From: an uncultured virus (IMG/VR IMGVR_UViG_3300047195_000798)
Lineage: Duplodnaviria; Heunggongvirae; Uroviricota; Caudoviricetes
DNA: 64,000 nucleotides
IMG/VR virus record: IMGVR_UViG_3300047195_000798
Strand: one strand, 5' to 3'
Below are positions 55,614-63,220 of this stretch, one piece after another (the stretch's first letter is position 1; each line of letters begins with the position of its first letter). The translations under genes and the position numbers were made by a program. Below the pieces are notes generated by a model. That model did not search any database and was not told where the DNA came from. It worked only from the letters and a program-made list of their open reading frames with translations.

Positions 55614-56581
55614 ACTATCTTTATTTTTTCCCTTTCGCAAATGTCATATACGGTTCGGTGGATTCCATCAAAGCAGTCATAGGTCGGGCTCCATCCTGCA
55701 TTCATTGCTTTATCGATGGAAAGGACGGTATACGGCGTATCGCCGTTCCATCCTCTGTCTCCACCAGTGAACGTGTAAACCGGTTTAACACCAAGATCCT
55801 CGCAGATGGTATCCGCAATCCTACGGACGGTTATTGTAGTGGTATTCCCAAGATTGTAGATGTTGACAGGATTGTCTCCGTCTGATTTTGATATCTCGAC
55901 AAAACCGCGGATGCAGTCAGTAACATCAAAAAGGCTTTTCTTCTGCCTTCCATCGCCAAGTATTACCAGTTCTTTAGGGTTCATCTGAAGTTTGTGGATG
56001 AAATCCCAGATGACGCCGCGCTGCATGTTCTTTCCGACAACATTGGCGAAACGGTAGATCCTCGCACGCATGCCGTAAAGACTACAGTACGCATTAATGA
56101 AAGCCTCGCAGGCAAGTTTGCTGGCACCGTATTGAGAAATAGGACGGATGTCCGCCATATCTTCCGGTGTTGGAATGATAGGTGCAATTCCATAGAGGCT
56201 TGAGGTAGATGAAAATACAAGATTCTTTATATCGCGCTTTCTCATGAATTCTAATATAGTATGTGTTCCAACTGTATTTTCTTGGATATCAGCATTCGTG
56301 TTTTTCAGGCTCGCCCGGATGTCCGCAGCTGCGGCAAGATGGTAGATGGTATCGACATTGGTCAGCTTGCCCCCGTGGTCTTCAATGTTCTTGATGTCAT
56401 CCCATATCATAGTGAACTGTTTTGATTTCAGGCATTGCGAAAGGAACGGCTTTCGGGATTTATCCCGGTCAATTCCAATAAGTTCGATTTCATTACCATG
56501 TACGAGATTCTCGCCAAGCAGATGCTCACAGAGGTTCGATCCGATAAAACCTGCATTTCCCGTAATCAAAATGTGTTTCAT
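55610..56581 (-). CDS. NAD-dependent epimerase/dehydratase (UDP-glucose 4-epimerase-like)
   Basis: TGNAGFIGS; HLAA; FSSTS; YGASK; RFANVVG; GDRGWNGD. Confidence 0.92.
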   Translation of the reverse strand: MKHILITGNAGFIGSNLCEHLLGENLVHGNEIELIGIDRDKSRKPFLSQCLKSKQFTMIWDDIKNIEDHGGKLTNVDTIYHLAAAADIRASLKNTNADIQENTVGTHTILEFMRKRDIKNLVFSSTSSLYGIAPIIPTPEDMADIRPISQYGASKLACEAFINAYCSLYGMRARIYRFANVVGKNMQRGVIWDFIHKLQMNPKELVILGDGRQKKSLFDVTDCIRGFVEISKSDGDNPVNIYNLGNTTTITVRRIADTICEDLGVKPVYTFTGGDRGWNGDTPYTVLSIDKAMNAGWSPTYDCFDGIHRTVYDICEREKIKIV

Positions 56582-56760
56582 TTTTTCTTAGCTCCTAAAT
56601 CTTCCAAGATGGGTGTGATGACTATCTTCTCCATATCTTCGGAGAAGCGGACATTAACCTCGCTGAAACTCTTTCCTTTTCCTTTCCAATGGTCAAAAAA
56701 ATCCTTTGATATCACAACAGCCTTAGAGGTTCCGCAACTGTTTATTTTTTGGATAGTCAT
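56578..56760 (-). CDS. AbrB/MazE-like swapped-hairpin transcription regulator
   Basis: IQKINSCGTSKAVVISK...VNVRFS...IVITP; first gene of the minus-strand operon. Confidence 0.7.
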   Translation of the reverse strand: MTIQKINSCGTSKAVVISKDFFDHWKGKGKSFSEVNVRFSEDMEKIVITPILEDLGAKKK

Positions 56761-56776
56761 AAAGTGCAGCCCGAAT

Positions 56777-56886
56777 ATACGAATAGAATTCGTATTTATG
56801 AAGTTTGTTAAAAGAGTTCAATAGTGAGGTAGAAAAAAATGAAAGGGTTATTAAAGTACATTTTCATACTAATTATATTCGTATTT
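56777..56886. promoter_or_regulatory. Divergent promoter with operator-like repeats
   Basis: ATACGAAT-aga-ATTCGTAT inverted repeat 56777-56795; ATTCGTATTT repeated at 56788 and 56877. Confidence 0.55.
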
Positions 56887-57027
56887 GAGGATGGATGCAA
56901 AAATGCACATCGTGCAGAAAGGGAAGATGTGCCAAGCCCCTAATTGCGGGAGCAAGGCACGGATAAAAGGCTTTTGTTTGAACCATTATCAACTGTTGAA
57001 GTATCATGAAGCGAAGAAATTGAGAGC

Positions 57028-57921
57028 GTGAGCGAAATGTCAAATGGAAAACCGATAGTTGTAATAAACGAACCATCTTTCAGCATGGAGATACTGGAGT
57101 TCGATCCAGTATCGAAGGAACTGTTCAATGTATGGCTCGACAGAAAAAAAATAACGAAGGGGGCTGAAAAAGAAAAGGCAGTAAAAAAGATAGCGGATTC
57201 GACTAAGAAACAGATTAAAAAACCAAAGAAACAAAAGTCGAAAGAGCTAGATATGAAATCAATCGCAGATTACATTTATGATAATGCTGAAGAAGAGTTC
57301 ACGACAATCGATTCGCAGGCTCTGATAAGCAAATATTATAAAGAACACAATAAAGAGCTGACTCGAAAGTCAATAGAATGCTATAGCTCAAAATGCACGA
57401 AACTTCTGATTGCAGAAAAGCGCATCCATAGAAAAAGTCGATTGGAATTCACCAAGCACAAACCAGATGAAACAAAATCCGATGAAGGTGCGATCAGAAC
57501 AGATTCGCTTGAGATAATAAACGAAAAAGTAAAAGAAGTAGAGAACGACACACCGAGCGAACCAGGAAGGCGAGGGAGGCATAAAAAGAACAAGGGAGTT
57601 ACAGACAACCTGCATGACATCGTATTGCGCAGGAAAAAGGAATTGCCTATTGTAGAAGAAAAACTACCAGCAGAGGAATCAGTAGAACAAGTTGCAGAAA
57701 AAAATGAACCAATTCAACTGGGTGAAACGGTCAAGGCACCAAACAACACTGCATTGTTCCTAAACTGGCTTCATGACAAGCAATGTAAAAGCTTTGACAT
57801 CCGCGACTTTGTAAACGCACATCCTGAGATTACATTGGACGACGCAAAGTTGATAGCCGCTCATCAGATAAAGAAAAACAAATGTATTCAACTGTCGACG
57901 TTTAATTTCAAGGTTGTATAG
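57028..57921 (+). CDS. Lys/Glu-rich hypothetical protein
   Basis: 297-aa ORF opening the divergent plus-strand block. Confidence 0.65.
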   Translation: MSEMSNGKPIVVINEPSFSMEILEFDPVSKELFNVWLDRKKITKGAEKEKAVKKIADSTKKQIKKPKKQKSKELDMKSIADYIYDNAEEEFTTIDSQALISKYYKEHNKELTRKSIECYSSKCTKLLIAEKRIHRKSRLEFTKHKPDETKSDEGAIRTDSLEIINEKVKEVENDTPSEPGRRGRHKKNKGVTDNLHDIVLRRKKELPIVEEKLPAEESVEQVAEKNEPIQLGETVKAPNNTALFLNWLHDKQCKSFDIRDFVNAHPEITLDDAKLIAAHQIKKNKCIQLSTFNFKVV

Positions 57922-58099
57922 GTGAATTTATGGACCGAAGGATGTTAATGATATTTGCATTTGCAGCAGCAATCGTTGCATGGATATGGATGGCTTGGCA
58001 GCATGGAGATTTTATCGGAATTTTCATCTCCATAATTGCTGGAGGGGGTATAGCATGGGGTATAACATATCTGGAAAGCAAGATTGAATTGAGGCGGAG

Positions 58100-58564
58100 A
58101 TGATGAAAGACAAATTGGGGATCATAGTGTTAATCATATGTATTGTTGTCGTAGAGGCGAGCGTCGCATATATTTGGACGAACATCACCGTGGAGAACAC
58201 GAAGCAAGAAATGGAGAGCAAATTGCTCGTGAATATATCCAGCATCAACATCTCCAGCAGGAACGGAACGCTGATGTTCAAGATAGTGGAAACGAACGAA
58301 TCGATGATAAAGGAAATTGGGCCTGTTGTGTACATCGGGCTTTTCAATAAGAACGATGTGGAGATTCGGGGCGAACAGCCAGAGTTCAACAACATTTGGA
58401 AGATAATGGTTGCGAATGCAACAGAGCATGATGTACAGCTTATACAGGAACTTACTATCGGACAGAACTATACGATTTGGTACATCGATTACACTGGCTT
58501 TGCCAAGGCAGAGGGGCATGTATCACTGAGAACAAACGTCTTGGTGGATGTAGAACATGACTGA
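58100..58564 (+). CDS. Membrane-anchored, sequon-rich protein
   Basis: N-terminal TM; NIT, NIS, NIS, NGT, NES, NAT, NYT. Confidence 0.7.
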   Translation: MMKDKLGIIVLIICIVVVEASVAYIWTNITVENTKQEMESKLLVNISSINISSRNGTLMFKIVETNESMIKEIGPVVYIGLFNKNDVEIRGEQPEFNNIWKIMVANATEHDVQLIQELTIGQNYTIWYIDYTGFAKAEGHVSLRTNVLVDVEHD

Positions 58565-58910
58565 AATGGTTGGAATGTATGGAAGTAAAATACACGTCTG
58601 CACCAACGAAGATTTTGTCGTTCAAGAGATCCCGTCATGGACGGGTAAGTGTCTCGTCTGCTGCAAAGAGACGACCTTGCGGGCAACGTGGTTCGGAGCC
58701 TTGTGCGGATCTTGCAAGCATGTGTTCGGGCCGGACAACACGGTCGGGGACATCGCAAAGCAACGCAGGGAGCTTATCGGACTGACGAGAAGGCAGCTTG
58801 GCGAAATCGTCGGGCTGAAACCGAGCACGATTAAGACGTACGAGTGGGGAGTTTGCCCAGAAGGTTATTTTAAGAAGACAGAAGAAGTAGTTGTAAGAAT
58901 GTTGAAATGA
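58557..58910 (+). CDS. Zinc ribbon plus XRE-family HTH regulator
   Basis: CLVC...CGSC; RRELIGLTRRQLGEIVGLKPSTIKTYEWG. Confidence 0.8.
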   Translation: MTEMVGMYGSKIHVCTNEDFVVQEIPSWTGKCLVCCKETTLRATWFGALCGSCKHVFGPDNTVGDIAKQRRELIGLTRRQLGEIVGLKPSTIKTYEWGVCPEGYFKKTEEVVVRMLK

Positions 58911-58922
58911 GGGGGTGAATTT

Positions 58923-59654
58923 ATGAAAATGGAAGAAGGCAAACATATAAAGTGGAAGATGGAAAACGGAGAATTGGTTCAGGTGAAAGTAGGAGATGAC
59001 ATATTCGAAAAAGTCACAGACCGGAAGGTGTGTGCCACCTGTCGTGAGTTGAGACCAAGGGCAGAATTTTCAAACTGTAGAAAATGTCACTATGAAGAGG
59101 CATTGAAAAACAAACAACAATATGCAGAACGGTGTCGAGAAAAAGAGGAACAGAAAGAATGCACGGAATGCCACAAGGCACAGCCGATAACAGAATTCTA
59201 TTTGAAAAAGAAAACAGGAAAACGGTACCAAAAATGCAAGACATGCCATGCAAAAAAATCAAAAGCTGCATATGTTCAAAGACAGACAAAAAAGGATCAG
59301 TTGAAAGAATTGAAAGAATGCACGCAATGCCATGAGACAAAACCAGTATCGGAATACTATATTTTGAAAAAGACCGGGAAGCTGATGGCCGATTGCAAGG
59401 TATGCCATAAGAAAAAAGCACATGACACCACAGACAAGCATCCACTCACAGAGCGTCTCGTAGAGTCGGCGGAAAGGGGATTTTCAGCTTCAGGACAAAA
59501 GATAGTGACTGAGATGACTCAGAAACCAGAGCGGAGCATAAGCGACGGTACAAGCCCAGATGCACTGCCATTGGTCGACAGCGGTTCTGTAATAGATGAT
59601 CAAGCGGATGAAAAGACAAAAAAGAAATGGAGTTTATTTCATCATATTAATTAA
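58923..59654 (+). CDS. Protein with three tandem CxxC..CxxC zinc-finger repeats
   Basis: KVCATC..RP..EF; KECTEC...QPITEFY...CKTC; KECTQC..KPVSEYY...CKVC. Confidence 0.75.
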   Translation: MKMEEGKHIKWKMENGELVQVKVGDDIFEKVTDRKVCATCRELRPRAEFSNCRKCHYEEALKNKQQYAERCREKEEQKECTECHKAQPITEFYLKKKTGKRYQKCKTCHAKKSKAAYVQRQTKKDQLKELKECTQCHETKPVSEYYILKKTGKLMADCKVCHKKKAHDTTDKHPLTERLVESAERGFSASGQKIVTEMTQKPERSISDGTSPDALPLVDSGSVIDDQADEKTKKKWSLFHHIN

Positions 59655-59663
59655 GGAATTTTT

Positions 59664-59990
59664 ATGAATGGTAAATCAAAGGTAGCGGAAGCCATATTGA
59701 AAGAATTGAGAGGAATAGAACCAATACATAAAGACGATCTGCCCGGGAAATATATAGAGTACCGTGACCGAAAAGGGATGTTTAGGATCAGCAAGGTCGT
59801 AAAAGTGAATGGCCTGTCAGGTGTGTCAGTGCACAAGCCAGGGCGCAAGAAAGCGATACCGGTGAAGAAAGAAGACATCGTCTGTAACGTCCACCATGGT
59901 CATTGCAGAAGACCGATAGAATGGAGCATACGGAGAAAGAAGAATGAAAGTAAAGCCGAGAGAAGGGACAGTCCTGAAGGATGGATTTAA
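59664..59990 (+). CDS. Basic hypothetical protein
   Basis: Coupled ORF. Confidence 0.55.
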   Translation: MNGKSKVAEAILKELRGIEPIHKDDLPGKYIEYRDRKGMFRISKVVKVNGLSGVSVHKPGRKKAIPVKKEDIVCNVHHGHCRRPIEWSIRRKKNESKAERRDSPEGWI

Positions 59991-60017
59991 CGATTTTAAA
60001 TTACAAGGAGAGAAACC

Positions 60018-60338
60018 ATGAATATAATAAAATTCAGTAGTGATTATTTGAAACTACCGAGAAATTCTAATGGAACACAAGCGGTTTTAATAGGGGTGAC
60101 AACAGCGAATCTGAAGTATCTAAAAAATGCTATGCCTCAATTTATCAGATATGATACAACGAAATTTGATGGAACAAAATATGATTTTACTTTCGATGGT
60201 AATGCCATTATACTTACTTTTATCCATATGAATACTGGTATTCCTTTTACAACGATTCGGAGATATACAAAAGAGAAATACAAATATTATAAGGGGTTGG
60301 AATGGAAAACATTAATGATAGAAATATTACACTTATAA
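60018..60338 (+). CDS. ASCH/PUA-like hypothetical protein, paralog of 17456-17797
   Basis: FSSDYLKLP...AVLIGV...TGIPFTTIRR..KYKYY. Confidence 0.7.
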   Translation: MNIIKFSSDYLKLPRNSNGTQAVLIGVTTANLKYLKNAMPQFIRYDTTKFDGTKYDFTFDGNAIILTFIHMNTGIPFTTIRRYTKEKYKYYKGLEWKTLMIEILHL

Positions 60339-60353
60339 ATTATCAGAGGGAAA

Positions 60354-60695
60354 ATGAAAATAAAAGTGTTCAAACCGTCTAAAGAAGATAAAGAAAGGAA
60401 TTTACATTTTGTTACTGCTACAAAATGCTATAAGTCTGCGGATGGAATATACCTGATTTTTCTAATTGAAGGAAAAATATACAGACATTTAAAAGTAACG
60501 AGAGAAGATGGTAAACCAATTCATAATTTTATGGATATTCAGGAAATAAAAAACCTTGTTTTTGGAACTGATTGTATTGCTGTTGAAATATATCCAAAGC
60601 AACGAGATTTTATCAATGGAAGCAATACTTATCATCTATGGACGTGGGATGGAATTATTGTTCCAAATCTAAAAGAATTGCCGAGGTATCATTAA
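60354..60695 (+). CDS. Phage-type conserved protein
   Basis: RHLKV...IQEIKN..FG...AVEIYP...N.YHLW. Confidence 0.7.
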   Translation: MKIKVFKPSKEDKERNLHFVTATKCYKSADGIYLIFLIEGKIYRHLKVTREDGKPIHNFMDIQEIKNLVFGTDCIAVEIYPKQRDFINGSNTYHLWTWDGIIVPNLKELPRYH

Positions 60696-60741
60696 TGAAA
60701 TTTTACAGTCTTAAATTACTTCAATCAAAGGAGAAAAAAGA

Positions 60742-61011
60742 ATGACCGAAGATGAAAAAGTTATTATGTGCGGTGGGGAGATATTTGATTATTTGCATTG
60801 CCCAGGATTTTTAGTTAATTCACGAAGGAAAAAACAATGGGTATCGCTCGATTGGTTGAAACAACAAATAGAGGGAAAACTTAGGATGCATGATGGTTGC
60901 ACTGTTGCCGATTGCGAAGGAAAGTTCATACTTACTTGGTTTTTATCTTTATTAGAAGAAAAACCTTTCGATTTTAAATTAGGTGAGAAAAATGAGTTAT
61001 CTAAAGATTGA
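60742..61011 (+). CDS. Hypothetical protein
   Basis: AGGAG RBS; lies within the AT-rich block. Confidence 0.55.
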   Translation: MTEDEKVIMCGGEIFDYLHCPGFLVNSRRKKQWVSLDWLKQQIEGKLRMHDGCTVADCEGKFILTWFLSLLEEKPFDFKLGEKNELSKD

Positions 61012-61330
61012 ATACTATGAGAACGAAGATTGTGAAGACTATGATGAAAAAGAGGACTTGTGCAAAAATGAGCAATGTCCTATTGTGAGGGAGCATAATA
61101 TGGAGAAAATACAAGCAAAGGAAATAGCAAGACCAAATGCGACTGAGCTGGCGAAACTCAGTGGAGATACCGTGATGTTTGGAGATGGGACCGGTTGCCA
61201 GGTGTACAAAGGCGCAGTGAACCTGTATGTCTATCTCATCAACAGCGACAAATGGTTTTTGATAACCCACGCCGAGACGCACGGGACTTTGAAGGAATCG
61301 AAGAAGAAAGACAGTAGGAATCCATTCTGA
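60992..61330 (+). CDS. Hypothetical protein
   Basis: AGGTGA RBS. Confidence 0.55.
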   Translation: MSYLKIEYYENEDCEDYDEKEDLCKNEQCPIVREHNMEKIQAKEIARPNATELAKLSGDTVMFGDGTGCQVYKGAVNLYVYLINSDKWFLITHAETHGTLKESKKKDSRNPF

Positions 61331-61780
61331 GGTGAAATCCAATGAGCAAAGATTGTTACAAGCAATGTGGGGACTGTTACCATAAAGATGAGAAATCGCC
61401 ATGCGCATGTGATTCGTGCGAGCAGCCAGTGCCAACAAACTATGGAGAGGTTCCGCCACCAGCATGGAGTGATAGAGGTCGAGAGTTATTAGATGAGTTT
61501 CTGCTGAATTGTGCGGATATCTCGCAGGAAGAACGAGAAGCGGTGATGGAATTTATAGGAGGTCGATAAAATGGATAGCTTCAAACACAAGGAGAATTTG
61601 AGTAAGATTGCGACCAGATGTCTGCAAGCAGAGATAAAGCGACAGATCGATTTAGCAAAACAACACGCCATAGAAAAGTTCACACCAGAGGAACAGGACA
61701 AATATGCGCGCATCATCATCGGATCATATCACCAAGGCCGGCTCGAAGCGCTTGAGAGCATAATGGACTACGTGATCTGA

Positions 61781-62038
61781 ATGCCACAAAAGATAACGTC
61801 GTTGGAAGAATTAAAAGAAGTAGCCGGTGACGGTGCAGATTTTTTCATCCTGCTTGGCGGCGGTTTCGTCCGCAGCAGTAAATATATCTCGTACGACCCA
61901 GCGGAAGATAGGTTCTGGATACTGAACTTGATAGACGATTCAGAGCAGAACCTGAAGGCATCGAACATCATGCAGAAGCGGCATACGAACATCGGAGAAG
62001 CGATTCAGAAAGGTGCATTCTTCAAAGACGACGCATGA
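61781..62038 (+). CDS. Phage-type hypothetical protein
   Basis: DFFILLGGGFVRSSKYI...TNIGEAIQKGAF. Confidence 0.6.
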   Translation: MPQKITSLEELKEVAGDGADFFILLGGGFVRSSKYISYDPAEDRFWILNLIDDSEQNLKASNIMQKRHTNIGEAIQKGAFFKDDA

Positions 62039-62150
62039 AAGAAAGCATACGTGTCGATGGTGAAAGTGAAACACAGCTTTATGTGGAGATTGAACGGGAT
62101 GGAAAATTCTACAAAGGCTTTGTTTCAACAGAGTGGAGTTGAGTGAAAGA

Positions 62151-62810
62151 ATGTCAAAAGAACTGTGGACGGAAAGACACAGACCGAAGACTCTGAGTGC
62201 CATTAAGGGTCAGAGCTCGGTCATCCAACAGATAGGGGCAAAGCTCAAACAGGGGGAGATTACGAATTTGATTTTGAAAGGGCCGCCCGGCGTCGGTAAG
62301 ACAACTACGGCAAAGGTGATAGCAAAAGTGCTCTATCTGGAAAATGGGGAGATGATAAACTTTAAGGAACTGAATGCTGGCGATAAGCGGAAGCTCGAAG
62401 ACATCAGGAAACTTGTCGGGGATTTCATGCGATACCGGCCATGGGGAAAAGCCAAATTCAAGTTGCTTTTGCTGGACAAAGCGGAATCGATTACAAAGGA
62501 TGCGCAGGAGGCGCTTGAGCGAATGATGGAAGAGTGTGGGAACAACTGCAGGACGATACTCTGCGTCAATGACATAGAGCGGATAGAGCCGACAATTCGA
62601 TCACGTTGCACTGAATACCAGTTCCAGCCGTTGACTGAAAAAGATATTGCAGAACGTTTGAAGGAGATAGCGATTGCACAAAATATCCATATCTCTGATG
62701 CAGATATCATGAAGATAGCTGAAAAGGCCCACGGTGACGCAAGAAAAGCAATCAATAACATGCAAATGGGAAACTATCCGCGGGATGAAGTCGAGGATTT
62801 GTTCAACTAA
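62151..62810 (+). CDS. Replication factor C small subunit-like AAA+ ATPase (short, Walker B altered)
   Basis: LWTERHRP; GPPGVGKTT; ELNAGD; LLLLDKAE; AQEALERMME; SRC; GDARKAINNMQ; ends without the collar domain. Confidence 0.88.
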   Translation: MSKELWTERHRPKTLSAIKGQSSVIQQIGAKLKQGEITNLILKGPPGVGKTTTAKVIAKVLYLENGEMINFKELNAGDKRKLEDIRKLVGDFMRYRPWGKAKFKLLLLDKAESITKDAQEALERMMEECGNNCRTILCVNDIERIEPTIRSRCTEYQFQPLTEKDIAERLKEIAIAQNIHISDADIMKIAEKAHGDARKAINNMQMGNYPRDEVEDLFN

Positions 62811-62820
62811 AAGGAGGAAG

Positions 62821-63117
62821 ATGAGCCAGAAAAAATCACCCAAGAGGAAACTGTTGAACGGAACGAAGAAATTGATGAGGCCAACAAAGAAGCAGAACGG
62901 TGAGCATAGGATAACCATCATCGCCAAGCTGAAGAAATCATTCAATGCCGAAGATAGGATGGAACCGTTTGAAAACAGAGAATATGCAGATGAGACAAAC
63001 AGATTGTATGATATGCTCATGGAAGAATATCCTTATGATCCTCCAGACCAAAAAGACAAGGCAGTCTTCGATATCGTCACGGACATTCTAAAAGAATGCG
63101 GGAAGGAAGTGGAATAA
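62821..63117 (+). CDS. Hypothetical protein
   Basis: AGGAGG RBS before ATG 62821. Confidence 0.55.
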   Translation: MSQKKSPKRKLLNGTKKLMRPTKKQNGEHRITIIAKLKKSFNAEDRMEPFENREYADETNRLYDMLMEEYPYDPPDQKDKAVFDIVTDILKECGKEVE

Positions 63118-63220
63118 TGGGAACGCAGCAAATTGAACAAGACGAGCTGAAAGAGTGTTATGGAACATAGAGTGCGAGGAAAATCTGATGTATTTGAACA
63201 TAAAAAAGTGAGGAAGAATC

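Larger units (their letters stand above)
59991..60981 (+). repeat. 13-bp direct repeat CGATTTTAAATTA flanking a three-gene AT-rich block, with TAAATTA at the internal junctions
   Basis: Copies at 59991-60003 and 60969-60981; CTTATAAATTA at 60332; GTCTTAAATTA at 60708. Confidence 0.7.
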
